Origin: Armatimonadota bacterium
Lineage (GTDB): Bacteria; Armatimonadota; UBA5829; DTLH01
NCBI GenBank assembly: GCA_039680575.1
Contig: JBDKSP010000071.1
Location: forward strand, 1-64,000
Length of the DNA stretch: 64,000 bases
Direction of reading: 5' to 3'
The translations under genes were made by a program, and so were the position numbers. Shown here one piece after another: positions 37,257 through 47,056 of the stretch. Below the pieces are notes generated by a model. It saw nothing but the letters and a program-made list of their open reading frames with translations, was not told the DNA's origin and made no database searches. Numbering within the stretch: position 1 is the stretch's first letter; every line of letters begins with the position of its first letter.

Positions 37257-39413
37257 ATGCGTATCGTAATGCTTTTCTGCTTATCTGTTTTATCACTTGC
37301 TTCATCCATACCGGCAAGCGCCGAACCGCTCAAAAGTAACAGCATCAGCATCACGGATCTTCTTAAAATAGCCAGAACTGCTTCCAAAACCGAGCTTTGG
37401 GCCAGTGATTCGGTAGCTGAAGACAAACTTTCGGTGTATGTAGACCCATCATCCGTGGATAAGGTAGAGCAGGGGCTCGACCTCTTGCCGGGATACCAGT
37501 GGATAAGCATCAAACCGGCAGATGGAACCATATATAAGGTGCTTGGGCCGGACTATATCGAAAGAAGCAAGTGGCGCAGCCTCGCTGACGCCGCAGATGA
37601 GGAAGAAAGAAGAAAAGTCAGGGAATTTGTGGAAAAACGCCTCTCCGAATATAGAGCTGCGATGGCTCTTACCAACGATGAACTCCAAGCACTTGCCGAG
37701 ACAGACCCGCGACTTGTGTATGATCTTACCACCCCTTCCTTTCGTGTGGAAATAGAATTGCTTACCAGCTTCAACAATGAGCAGTTGAACCAGGTCTTAA
37801 GCCCGCAGGGTCTGAAAGTAAACGTCCGTGATTTGCCTGCAGACATGCAGGAAAGGTTTCTCGACAGTAAGGTTCGAGGAATGGTGGATGAGCCAGCTAA
37901 AAGATTGGCAAAAAAATACGGTGCTAATGCCCCAAGCGCAAAAGAGTTGCTGAAAGTGTTTGTTAACACCGGAACTCTACAATTCTCCGGTTATGGTTCG
38001 GGCGGGTTTACTGTGGACATCAGATCGGATGTTCCCTTGTTTGGAGGGTATCAATCATCTATTATAGGCCCCACATATACAGATAATTATTGGATTTATG
38101 TATTGAATCTAAGAGAAAAGACCATGTCCCGGGAAGATGCCTGGGATTTATGGAAAGCAGAAGAAGATCATTTCGACAAATTACGAACTGATGCTATGGC
38201 AAAGGAAAAAGAGACCCGTTTTGCAGAAGCCCCTCCCAGATTCGGCTCGAGGAATGCCCCTGATTTTAAGATAGACAGACAGCTTCTTGATAAACCTGTA
38301 GTGGAAGGATATCCCTATTATCGAGGCGTGGAATTCGTCCAAAGCGTCTGCAGCCAGAAAGGCTGTTCACTCTTTGCCCTTGAACCTTATCGGAACCGTG
38401 GATTAAAGGCAACCGATGATATGCAGTTCCGTTATGCTCTGGACCTGGCGATGGATAGTCTGGGTATTCTTAAGGACTATCTGGGTGATTATGTCTGGGC
38501 TTACCAGGATGATCAGCTAATCCTCGCTCCCAGGCATTTTGAAGATAGACTCGCTGCAGGTATACCGCTGTCTACTATAAATAAACTCCGAGCCATTGCA
38601 GCGAAAACCAACGGCACATTCGATCTTGACGGCCTGGCGGAGGCGGTTCCACTACTTAATCAGAGACAGATCGATGCTTTACCGGAGAATGCACCGGATG
38701 ACCTAAGAGCTACAGGTATAGACTATGTTAAGGAACCCGCCGTAAGGTTATATGCTTCCCTCAGTCCACGCCGGCGTGTAAAAGCATGTAATGGAGGTGT
38801 CTCATACACAGTATTGGAAAATAAACAGAGAGCCCTGTTCTATGAGGCGTTAGGAAGAGTTGTAAATGCAGTGGATTTGCTTCCTGAACCGTCTTATTTC
38901 AGTGTCGATGATCGTGATTCCCAAAATGGCAGGTATCACCTCATAACATTTACATTCGGCTTTGCCGATGAGACAGCCTTGCCGTTTGATCTTAGATTGC
39001 CAGCACGCAAAGATAATAGTAAAACCGCTCAATCTGCTTCCAAGGCTGATGCTAAGGCAGAACCGACACAGCCGCAGGTGCTTACGGTGATGAAATCCCT
39101 TGCAGAATGGAACTATATCGGCAGGAGAGAGCATGATGATGATAATGAGCTTAAGGCAATCATGTATTCTCAAATAGGAGAGAGGCCGGTAAAACGAATA
39201 TTAAAGGTGGGAGAAACCCTGGAAGGCGCGAAACTGGTTGAGATCGGAGCAAAATTCGTTACATTCTCGCTTGACGGCGCACAAATCACTTTCCCAATAA
39301 CACAGGCAACTGCACTTGCACCATTCGATCCGAAAGTTCCATCAATCTATACATCCTGGATAGGTATAGATGAGACTTGGACGGGTATTCTGAAGAAAGA
39401 GAAGGGTGAGTGA
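37257..39413 (+). CDS. Secreted hypothetical protein, tandem paralog 1
   Basis: Signal peptide; long ORF with GGGAG RBS; paralog at 39468. Confidence 0.85.
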   Translation: MRIVMLFCLSVLSLASSIPASAEPLKSNSISITDLLKIARTASKTELWASDSVAEDKLSVYVDPSSVDKVEQGLDLLPGYQWISIKPADGTIYKVLGPDYIERSKWRSLADAADEEERRKVREFVEKRLSEYRAAMALTNDELQALAETDPRLVYDLTTPSFRVEIELLTSFNNEQLNQVLSPQGLKVNVRDLPADMQERFLDSKVRGMVDEPAKRLAKKYGANAPSAKELLKVFVNTGTLQFSGYGSGGFTVDIRSDVPLFGGYQSSIIGPTYTDNYWIYVLNLREKTMSREDAWDLWKAEEDHFDKLRTDAMAKEKETRFAEAPPRFGSRNAPDFKIDRQLLDKPVVEGYPYYRGVEFVQSVCSQKGCSLFALEPYRNRGLKATDDMQFRYALDLAMDSLGILKDYLGDYVWAYQDDQLILAPRHFEDRLAAGIPLSTINKLRAIAAKTNGTFDLDGLAEAVPLLNQRQIDALPENAPDDLRATGIDYVKEPAVRLYASLSPRRRVKACNGGVSYTVLENKQRALFYEALGRVVNAVDLLPEPSYFSVDDRDSQNGRYHLITFTFGFADETALPFDLRLPARKDNSKTAQSASKADAKAEPTQPQVLTVMKSLAEWNYIGRREHDDDNELKAIMYSQIGERPVKRILKVGETLEGAKLVEIGAKFVTFSLDGAQITFPITQATALAPFDPKVPSIYTSWIGIDETWTGILKKEKGE

Positions 39414-39467
39414 TACCCTATTTTTCATCATTTGAACTCGTTGGGCTATAAATAAAGGAGACGACAA

Positions 39468-41663
39468 ATGCGCATCGTAATGCTTTTCTGCTTATCTGTT
39501 TTATCGCTTGCTTCATCCATACCGGCAAGCGCCGAACCGCTCAAAAGTAACAGCATCAGCATCACCAATCTTCTTGAAAAAGCCAGGACTGCTTCCAAAG
39601 CCGAATATTGGCCAAGTGATTCTGTAGCCGAAGACAAACTTTCGGTGTATGTAGACCCATCATCCACAGATAAGGTAGAGCAAGGGCTCGACCTCTTGCC
39701 GGGATACCAGTGGATAAGCATCAAACTGACGGATGGGACTGTATATAAGGTACTCGGACCGGATTACATAGAAAGAAGCAAGTGGCGCACACTTGCTAAT
39801 ACTGCGGATGAGGAAGAAGGAAAGAAATTCAGGCAGTATTCCGAGAAACGGCTTGCCGAATACAAAGCTGCGCTAAATTTTTCCGATGAAGAGTTGCAAT
39901 CACTTGAGTATGAAGACCCCAGCCTTTTACATGATCTTACCACCCCGTCCTCTCGTGTAAAAATAGAGCTGCTTGCCGGCCTCAACGATGAACAGACTAA
40001 CTATGCCCTAAGTCCACAAGGCTTGACGGTGAATGTTCGTGACCTGCCTGCCTCAACACAGAAAAAGCTCTTTGACAGCTTTCGAAAAAGCATGATAGAA
40101 GAATCGGCTTATAAATATACACAACTGGGTTACAATCCACCAAGCGCGACAGAATTGGAGGAGGACTTTTTTAATAACGGAGCTTTGTATTTCTCTGGTG
40201 ACTATGGGAACGTTTGTCTGCGGATAAAATCGAATATTCCGATGCTTTCAGGATGCCAAAGCTGTGTTCTATCAAGCAAGGGTATTTCTTATTCCTGGGC
40301 TCGTTTAGCGTTATTAGTCGCAAAAGGCATGTCGTGGGAAGATGCCCATACTTTCTTGGAGGCAGAGTTAAAGTATTTCTCCAAATTACGGCTTGACGTC
40401 CAGAAAAAAGTAAGGGAAAACTATTCTGCAAAAAACCCTCCCAGGTTCGGTTCGAAGAATGCTCCTGAAGGCAAATTCGATAAAGAATTTCGTGCCAGTT
40501 GTCCGGAAATCATACAACGCATCTGCAAACAGAAAGAATATTCGTTCTTTGCTTTTAAACCTCGTATGACAGGGGGAAGGCTGATTAAAGATAATACGCC
40601 ACTTGGATATGCGCTCGACCAGGCAGCAGACAGCTTGGAAGATTATGTTTGGGCTTATCAAGATGGGCAGCTAATCTTCGCTCCCAGGCATTTTGTGGAT
40701 AGACTTGCTGAGAATATACCGCCGTCCACTATAGCGAAACTTCGGAAAATCGCTCTCCAGACTAACAGCATATTTGACTTTGAAGGTCTGGTAAAGGTAA
40801 TTTCATTGCTGAATCAGAAACAGCTTGAAGCCTTGCCGGAAAATGTACCGTATGACTTGATGCAGGCACGTATATACTATGCTAATGAACCGGTTATTAA
40901 ATTTTACGCTTCCCTTAACCCATCTCAACGGAAACAGGCATGTAATGGAGGTATCTCCTGCACAGCGCTGGGAGACCTGCAGAAGGATCTATTCTACAAG
41001 GCAGTAGAAGGTATTTTAACTGCTCCAACTCCATGCTCTGAACCTGCAGAGTTTAGTATTATTGACCGTGGTTCATTCCTCACTGAAGACCCGGAAGGCG
41101 GTGAGTCCTATTTCTGTGATGAGCTGTCCGATGATACCGAAAATAGTGAAGATTACCAAGGTTTTCCAACAAACACCCCTGACCAGCATCATTTTTTATT
41201 TAGGCTCAGCCTTGCTGATGGAACAACGCAGTCAATCGATCTTCGGTTCCCCGTTCCCGGAGATAAATGCAAAATAACACAAAATGCTTCCAAATCCGAA
41301 GATAAACCAGCGCCTACACAGCCGCAGGTGCTTGCGGTAATGAAATCTCTTTCGGAATGGAACTATATTGGCCGGAGAACGCATGATGATGACAATGAAC
41401 CTAAAGCAGTCATGTCGTCGCAAAAAGGAGACAGGTCAGTAAAACGAGCGCTAAAAACAGGCGATACTCTGGAAGGCGCAAGGTTGGTTGATTTTGGAGT
41501 AACATCTGCTACATTTTCGCTCGATGGAGCGCAGATCACCTTTCCTCTAGCACAGACTACTGCGCTCGCACCATTCGATCCGAAAACGCCGACAGAGGAA
41601 ACATTGTGGATAGATATAGATGCTGCCTGGGCAGAAGCTATAAAGAAAGAGATAAGCGAGTGA
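39468..41663 (+). CDS. Secreted hypothetical protein, tandem paralog 2
   Basis: N- and C-terminal regions highly similar to the 37257 protein. Confidence 0.85.
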   Translation: MRIVMLFCLSVLSLASSIPASAEPLKSNSISITNLLEKARTASKAEYWPSDSVAEDKLSVYVDPSSTDKVEQGLDLLPGYQWISIKLTDGTVYKVLGPDYIERSKWRTLANTADEEEGKKFRQYSEKRLAEYKAALNFSDEELQSLEYEDPSLLHDLTTPSSRVKIELLAGLNDEQTNYALSPQGLTVNVRDLPASTQKKLFDSFRKSMIEESAYKYTQLGYNPPSATELEEDFFNNGALYFSGDYGNVCLRIKSNIPMLSGCQSCVLSSKGISYSWARLALLVAKGMSWEDAHTFLEAELKYFSKLRLDVQKKVRENYSAKNPPRFGSKNAPEGKFDKEFRASCPEIIQRICKQKEYSFFAFKPRMTGGRLIKDNTPLGYALDQAADSLEDYVWAYQDGQLIFAPRHFVDRLAENIPPSTIAKLRKIALQTNSIFDFEGLVKVISLLNQKQLEALPENVPYDLMQARIYYANEPVIKFYASLNPSQRKQACNGGISCTALGDLQKDLFYKAVEGILTAPTPCSEPAEFSIIDRGSFLTEDPEGGESYFCDELSDDTENSEDYQGFPTNTPDQHHFLFRLSLADGTTQSIDLRFPVPGDKCKITQNASKSEDKPAPTQPQVLAVMKSLSEWNYIGRRTHDDDNEPKAVMSSQKGDRSVKRALKTGDTLEGARLVDFGVTSATFSLDGAQITFPLAQTTALAPFDPKTPTEETLWIDIDAAWAEAIKKEISE

Positions 41664-41725
41664 ATTTCGGCACAACTGTTTGATCTCGCCGACGCTGCAG
41701 ACATCGGGAATTTGTGATATGCTGG

Positions 41726-41760
41726 ATGTGCTTCGGGATGGTTCTTGTCCCGAAGCACAT
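41726..41760. repeat. Stand-alone GTGCTTCGGGA..TCCCGAAGCAC palindrome (core of the composite element)
   Basis: ATGTGCTTCGGGA-TGGTTCTTG-TCCCGAAGCACAT. Confidence 0.7.
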
Positions 41761-41787
41761 TTTTGCATGCTGCCGCGAGGAGAACGG

Positions 41788-42432
41788 GTGATTAGAGGCG
41801 TTATTTTTGACATGGACGGGGTTCTGGTGGACTCCGAGAAATATATTTGTGAAGCCGCGACGCGGATGTTTGTCGAACATGGCCTTACTATCAAACCGGA
41901 GGACTTTCTTCCGTTTGTCGGGGCTGGAGAAGACCGCTATATCTCAGGTGTAGCCGAAAAATACGGTTTTTCTCTCGATATTGAAAGAGACAAAGCCCGG
42001 ACTTACGAACTGTACGGGGAGATCGTAAAAGGCAGGCTCGAACCGCTCGCGGGCGCGCGCGAATTCATCCAAAAAGCCAGGGAAAAGGGGCTGAAACTGG
42101 CTGTAGCCTCGAGCGCGGACAAGGTGAAGGTATTGATAAACCTGAAGGAGTCCGGCCTCGCCCCGGAAAACTTTGACGCAATCGTCAACGGGCTGGATGT
42201 GACATATAAAAAGCCCGATCCTGAGATATTTTTGACCGCAGCCGAACGGCTCGGCCTTTCGCCGTCGGATTGTCTTGTTGTCGAGGACGCCGTAAACGGA
42301 GTCGCCGCCGCAAAAGCCGCAGGCGCAAAGTGTCTGGGACTGACTACTACATTTTCAGCAGAAAAACTATCTCTGGCTGACTGGATTGCGCCCAACCTGG
42401 CCGAAGCACCCGGCGAAGCTCTCGATTGGTAG
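41788..42432 (+). CDS. HAD-family phosphatase (beta-PGM/CbbY-like)
   Basis: FDMDGVLVDSE, ASS, KPDPEIF, VEDAVNG. Confidence 0.93.
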   Translation: MIRGVIFDMDGVLVDSEKYICEAATRMFVEHGLTIKPEDFLPFVGAGEDRYISGVAEKYGFSLDIERDKARTYELYGEIVKGRLEPLAGAREFIQKAREKGLKLAVASSADKVKVLINLKESGLAPENFDAIVNGLDVTYKKPDPEIFLTAAERLGLSPSDCLVVEDAVNGVAAAKAAGAKCLGLTTTFSAEKLSLADWIAPNLAEAPGEALDW

Positions 42433-42507
42433 TAAGAGTTCACTCTTAATGAGAATTTGTACATCAACCTGAATAACCAACACGTCATAATGTGAGGACG
42501 TCACCCT
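42432..42507 (+). repeat. 76-bp dispersed repeat (copy of 36102-36177)
   Basis: Direct match; followed by GAATCTATGGA, the MITE/REP junction in reverse orientation. Confidence 0.85.
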
Positions 42508-42588
42508 GAATCTATGGAACAATAGTCAGCCTGCCGGAATCAAAGAAAATGGTGCCCCCGATAAATACACTCTCAAAGGAGCGGAATC

Positions 42589-43293
42589 TTGAACAGATCG
42601 ACAGCAAACTGGTTGTTTGTAACACCTATTGTGATCGCCATTCTATTGTTAACCCAGCCAACGCTCACAGGCGGCAATGACAGAATAGACGAAACGGTCG
42701 ATCTGTTGGGGCTGGTCATAGCCGTAATGGGGCTGGTAATGCGAGTTGTATCGCGCGACTGGAAGTCATCCCATATAGCGGGCGGCCTTGTCACCACCGG
42801 ACCTTATTCTGTAATCCGGCACCCGATGTACGTCGCCAGTTACCTGGTAGGGCTCGGGTTATTCATTGTCATCGGAAACCTCGTGCTGACGCTTGTTTTC
42901 ACAGCACTTTACATTCTGGTACACGTCAAGGTCGGCAGGCGGGAAGAGCGGTTTCTCAGCAAAAAGTGGCCGAAGGCTTATAAAATGTATAAGGCGAGAG
43001 TCCCCGCGGTCATCCCATCTCCGTCGGCACTGCCTAAGCTCTTTACGAGAAGACATCCCCTGGTGTCGTCCAGGAAGGCTGCAGTCAAGCGCGAGTTAGG
43101 AACGATATGCAGTGTGATTGCCGCCGCAATTCTCTTTGAGGCCAGGGAAGATTATGTCGTCGAAGGCTGGACGCACGCGCATACCGAAATAACCTTCTGT
43201 CTCGTGCTTGCAGCATCGACTCTTTTTTTCTGGCTCATGTTCAGCATAATTCAGCGTATAACCAAAGACACTGCTTCAGCAGATCATGCATGA
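42589..43293 (+). CDS. Isoprenylcysteine carboxyl methyltransferase / PEMT family membrane protein
   Basis: LVTTGPYSVIRHPMY, EERFL, Y..Y...VP. Confidence 0.88.
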   Translation: MNRSTANWLFVTPIVIAILLLTQPTLTGGNDRIDETVDLLGLVIAVMGLVMRVVSRDWKSSHIAGGLVTTGPYSVIRHPMYVASYLVGLGLFIVIGNLVLTLVFTALYILVHVKVGRREERFLSKKWPKAYKMYKARVPAVIPSPSALPKLFTRRHPLVSSRKAAVKRELGTICSVIAAAILFEAREDYVVEGWTHAHTEITFCLVLAASTLFFWLMFSIIQRITKDTASADHA

Positions 43294-43411
43294 AACTGTT
43301 GTCTCCGTCCTGATGCCGCTTTATAACTCGGCATCTACTGTCCGCTCAGTCCAGTTTTGCCTAACCGGACTTGGGGTAACCACTAATAGCAATACATTTA
43401 TGGGCAGGTGA
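43286..43411 (+). pseudogene. Truncated GT2 glycosyltransferase remnant
   Basis: MHETVVSVLMPLYNSASTVRS resembles the GT2 start motif (VSV.MP.YN); similarity stops after ~21 codons. Confidence 0.55.
43354..43379 (+). promoter_or_regulatory. Putative SigB/SigF-like promoter
   Basis: GTTTT-15-GGGTAA upstream of the ferritin-like gene. Confidence 0.55.
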
Positions 43412-43419
43412 TTACCATT

Positions 43420-43902
43420 ATGGATAGGGAATACCTTTCAACTCAACTTGCTGAAGCGCTCGGGACTGCTCAGGGGATGCGTATGATAGAGCACAAGCTG
43501 TTGAACAGCGAAGGTCTCGAGACCGGCATGAAGCGGCAGCTTCAGGATATTCACGACCAGGACGAGCAGTTGATAAACCGGCTGGAAAGAGTCCTGGATG
43601 AGATCAGCCATGGGGGAGACTTCGACGAGAGCATACAGCGCGGGCTCAAGATAGCCCAGCAGCTCATAGACATGAGCGGAAACGACATTATCGAACTGCT
43701 CAGAACGGTTATCCTCATCAAATACAGGCTGTCGGATTCTCAGGAGTTGTTCTACAACCTGTGCGAAGAGATAGGACATGACGAAAGCTGTGATATTTTC
43801 GAGGAAAACCTTGAAGACGAGGAAGACCATCTTGATTACCTGCGTGAACAGGCTATATTGATGGCCCGTGAACGGATTACAGGCCAACCAGTAGCTGGCT
43901 AG
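43420..43902 (+). CDS. Ferritin-like four-helix-bundle protein (DUF892/YciF-like)
   Basis: Acidic helical protein with C-terminal ENLEDEEDHLDYL (ExxH). Confidence 0.7.
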   Translation: MDREYLSTQLAEALGTAQGMRMIEHKLLNSEGLETGMKRQLQDIHDQDEQLINRLERVLDEISHGGDFDESIQRGLKIAQQLIDMSGNDIIELLRTVILIKYRLSDSQELFYNLCEEIGHDESCDIFEENLEDEEDHLDYLREQAILMARERITGQPVAG

Positions 43903-43995
43903 TGGTTGGGGGATGAGGGTTGGCTAGCTGCCACTCATCCCTCATATCTCAATCCCTTTCCATCCCCCGATTCCCGTTCCCCTGTCGAAGTCCCG

Positions 43996-44025
43996 TTGCC
44001 CAACTCTCCGGCTCTCTGGTATAAT
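43996..44025 (+). promoter_or_regulatory. sigma70 promoter for hisD-hisB
   Basis: TTGCCC-18-(TGn)TATAAT. Confidence 0.65.
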
Positions 44026-44057
44026 TTTGCAACACCATTCGAGGAGACAAGCAACGT

Positions 44058-45386
44058 ATGAAAATATTCGAGATCGGACGTGATCCTCAGTCTGAGATCG
44101 ACGCCGCGATTGCTTCGCCCGAGCGACCAGCTGCGGAAAAAATAGAGCAGGTCACAAAAGAGATCATCGCCGATGTCAGATCAAGAGGCGATCAGGCTCT
44201 GATTGAACTCGGACAGAAGTTCGATTCAGCCGAGCTAAGCTCATTATCTGTGACTGAAAATGAGTTTGCAGCGGCATACGAGCGAGTCGAACCGAGGTTG
44301 ATTGCCGCCATTCGCAGGGCTAAGGCAAGCATCGAAGACTACCACCGAAAACAGCTCCGGCAGTCATGGATAGACGTGAGGGACGGCATAACTCTCGGCC
44401 AGATCATCCAGCCGATAGAGCGCGTCGGCCTTTACGCTCCGGGAGGAAAGGCAACATATCCAAGTTCCGTGCTTATGACCGCAGTGCCCGCGAAAGTCGC
44501 AGGCGTGCCGTTTTTTATAATGTGTTCGCCCGCTCAGGCCGGCGGCGGCATAGACCCTCTGATGCTGATAGCCGCCCGTGAAGCCGGGGTCGATGAGGTC
44601 TTCAAAGTAGGCGGAGCACAGGCAGTCGCAGCTATGGCTTATGGGACCAAAATGGTTCCCAAAGTCGATAAGATCGTGGGACCGGGAAACCCCTATGTAA
44701 CCGAAGCCAAGCGGCAGCTTTTCGGAATAGTCGGAATAGATATGATCGCCGGTCCGAGCGAGATCATGATAGTCGCGGACGAAAACGCCGATCCTCACTA
44801 TGTGGCAGCCGATATGATCTCGCAGGCCGAACACGCGGGAGACTCGAGATCGGTGCTGGTCACGGTGAGCAGGAAACTTGCCGATAGTGTCTTGGCCGAG
44901 ATCAAGCATCTGAAGACAATTACCCCGCGTAAGGAGATAGTCTCCGAGTCTCTCGCCGAAAACGGAGTCATAGTGATTGCGGGAACGCTCGAAGAGTCAG
45001 CTCATATCGTCAACCAGTTCGCTCCTGAGCATCTCGAGCTTATGGTCAGCGACCCGTGGGCGATGCTTCCTCTTATCAAAAACGCCGGAGCTATCCTGCT
45101 TGGGGCTTATTCACCGGTCCCGCTCGGGGATTACGCTGCCGGTCCCAGCCATACGCTGCCGACCGGGGGCACGGCACGGTTCAGCTCGCCCGTGACAATC
45201 GACGATTTTCTGAAGAAAAGCAGTCTTATATCATATTCGAGGGATGCGCTGCGCGAAGCGGCGCCGACCGTCATAGACCTGGCTGAGGCCGAAGGGTTCT
45301 TTGCCCATGCGGACTCAATCAAGGTCAGGGTCAATGGAAAGAAGGAGAGTCATGGCACGAACGGCGGAGATACACAGGCAGACTAA
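44058..45386 (+). CDS. hisD: Histidinol dehydrogenase
   Basis: YAPGG.A.YPSSVLM, GGAQAVAA, IDMIAGPSE, SQAEH, APEHLE, GPSHTLPT. Confidence 0.97.
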   Translation: MKIFEIGRDPQSEIDAAIASPERPAAEKIEQVTKEIIADVRSRGDQALIELGQKFDSAELSSLSVTENEFAAAYERVEPRLIAAIRRAKASIEDYHRKQLRQSWIDVRDGITLGQIIQPIERVGLYAPGGKATYPSSVLMTAVPAKVAGVPFFIMCSPAQAGGGIDPLMLIAAREAGVDEVFKVGGAQAVAAMAYGTKMVPKVDKIVGPGNPYVTEAKRQLFGIVGIDMIAGPSEIMIVADENADPHYVAADMISQAEHAGDSRSVLVTVSRKLADSVLAEIKHLKTITPRKEIVSESLAENGVIVIAGTLEESAHIVNQFAPEHLELMVSDPWAMLPLIKNAGAILLGAYSPVPLGDYAAGPSHTLPTGGTARFSSPVTIDDFLKKSSLISYSRDALREAAPTVIDLAEAEGFFAHADSIKVRVNGKKESHGTNGGDTQAD

Positions 45387-45939
45387 AGAGACCGATGTCC
45401 GAGTAAAAGTCGAGTTGGACGGCGCGGGAGAGAGTTCCATAAGCACAGAGGTGGGATTTTTCGATCACATGCTGGACCAGTTGTCCCGCCATTCGCTGAT
45501 CAACCTGGATGTGAAGGCATCCGGCGACCTGGAGATCGACCCTCATCACACTGTGGAGGATGTTGGAATCACGATCGGGCAGGCTATCGACAAGGCGCTC
45601 GGGACCAAAGAAGGCATACGCCGCTACGGGTCAACTGTGGCCCCGATGGACGAGGCGCTCGTGATGTCCGCTATCGATATCAGCGGGCGCGGCCATCTCG
45701 AATACTCGCTCGATATTCCCGCCGAGATGATCGGTGACTTCCCCACCGACCTGGTGCAGGAGTTCTTTATATCGCTTGCGAGAAACGCAAAGATGACCAT
45801 ACATATCCGTCAGCTTGGCGGTACAAACCCTCATCACATCGTAGAGGCCGCATTCAAGTCGTTCGCAAGATCGCTTGGCGAGGCTGTATCGATAAGTGAT
45901 CGAATAAAGGGTGTGCCGAGCACAAAAGGGTCACTCTAG
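45352..45939 (+). CDS. hisB: Imidazoleglycerol-phosphate dehydratase
   Basis: RQTKETD, FFDHML, HHTVEDVG, PMDEAL, HHIVEAAFK, PSTKGSL. Confidence 0.97.
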   Translation: MARTAEIHRQTKETDVRVKVELDGAGESSISTEVGFFDHMLDQLSRHSLINLDVKASGDLEIDPHHTVEDVGITIGQAIDKALGTKEGIRRYGSTVAPMDEALVMSAIDISGRGHLEYSLDIPAEMIGDFPTDLVQEFFISLARNAKMTIHIRQLGGTNPHHIVEAAFKSFARSLGEAVSISDRIKGVPSTKGSL

Positions 45940-45943
45940 CTCC

Positions 45944-46786
45944 ATGCCAGACAGCGGACGGAGCAAAAAGCGTATAACTGTCGATGGCATAACGCTGGCT
46001 TACGAAGATTACGGCCGGGGCAGGCCTGTAGTATTCGTCCATGGCGTTGCCGCGACCTCTTTTGCGTGGAATTCCGTTGCCGGGATGCTTTCAGACACCT
46101 GCAGAGCTGTCTGTTTCGACTTGATGGGGTTCGGTGACTCGGACAAACCGCGTAAAGAGTCGTATACCTACAGGCGGCAGGCTGAACTGCTCCTTGAGGC
46201 CATTAATCAGCTCGGGCTGGAGCGCCCGGTGCTTGCCGGTCATTCGCTCGGCGGCGGAGTGTGCCTTGCGATACTTCAGGAGCTGGGAAATGCTCATCAA
46301 AAAGCCGTCTCCGGCCTGGTTTTGGTGGATACCGTCTGTTATCCGCAGAAGATCCCCGTGTTTCTGCGGTTTCTTAAGGTCCCCGTCCTGCCTGCGCTTG
46401 TTATGAAGGTATTTCCGGAGGGATGGGGGATGAAACACTCAGCAAGGTCTGTATTCCAAAGAGACATGCAAAGCGAAAGCATCGATATATACACCCATGC
46501 ACTCCAATCAAACGGGGCTCATTCCTCGCTTATAGCCACGGCGAAGAGCATCATACCGTCCAATCTGGACGACTTCGTGTCTTCCTACTCCCGCATATCC
46601 GTCCCGACGCGCATTATATGGGGCAGACACGACAATATCGTCCCGCTTGAGCTTGGCCGGAAGCTGGCGGAGGAAATTGGGACAGCTGGTTTTTATATAA
46701 TCGAGGAATCAGGTCACTGCCCGCATGAAGAACGCCCCGAAGAGGTTGCCCGGTTAATCGGGTGTTTTTTGGAGGATCAGAGTTAA
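45944..46786 (+). CDS. Alpha/beta hydrolase
   Basis: FVHG, DLMGFGDS, GHSLGG nucleophile, WGRHD, GHCPHEE. Confidence 0.92.
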   Translation: MPDSGRSKKRITVDGITLAYEDYGRGRPVVFVHGVAATSFAWNSVAGMLSDTCRAVCFDLMGFGDSDKPRKESYTYRRQAELLLEAINQLGLERPVLAGHSLGGGVCLAILQELGNAHQKAVSGLVLVDTVCYPQKIPVFLRFLKVPVLPALVMKVFPEGWGMKHSARSVFQRDMQSESIDIYTHALQSNGAHSSLIATAKSIIPSNLDDFVSSYSRISVPTRIIWGRHDNIVPLELGRKLAEEIGTAGFYIIEESGHCPHEERPEEVARLIGCFLEDQS

Positions 46787-47056
46787 CACTTTGCGCCCGG
46801 CAGCCGTCTATACTTATTGAGTTTGCGGATTTTTGCCTCATCATTGACCGGAATCCCGCCCGCTAGAATAATCCGCCGTGAAAAGCAATGATTGGAGGGC
46901 ATCATTTCGGCTCTGCCGTGCGTATTAATTCTATGTGTTTCACGAACGAAGCTCTTGCAGCGGAGTCGACCACGACAGTAATATCAATTGAATGCGACAG
47001 CATTGTCCGCACTTCTATTACCAATTTCAGTAGAAAATTTGGGAGATGGCTCATCA

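Noticed and set aside
37257..41663. Paralog pairs considered as DGR template/variable repeats
   Set aside because: Differences are not adenine-specific, both copies are full ORFs, and there is no reverse transcriptase in the window.
43900..43985. His-operon attenuator upstream of hisD
   Set aside because: No His-rich leader peptide; the sequence is a degenerate inverted heptamer repeat lying upstream of the promoter.
46888..47056. Possible small gene or pseudogene upstream of the S55 protein
   Set aside because: No convincing RBS or recognisable homology; it cannot be supported.
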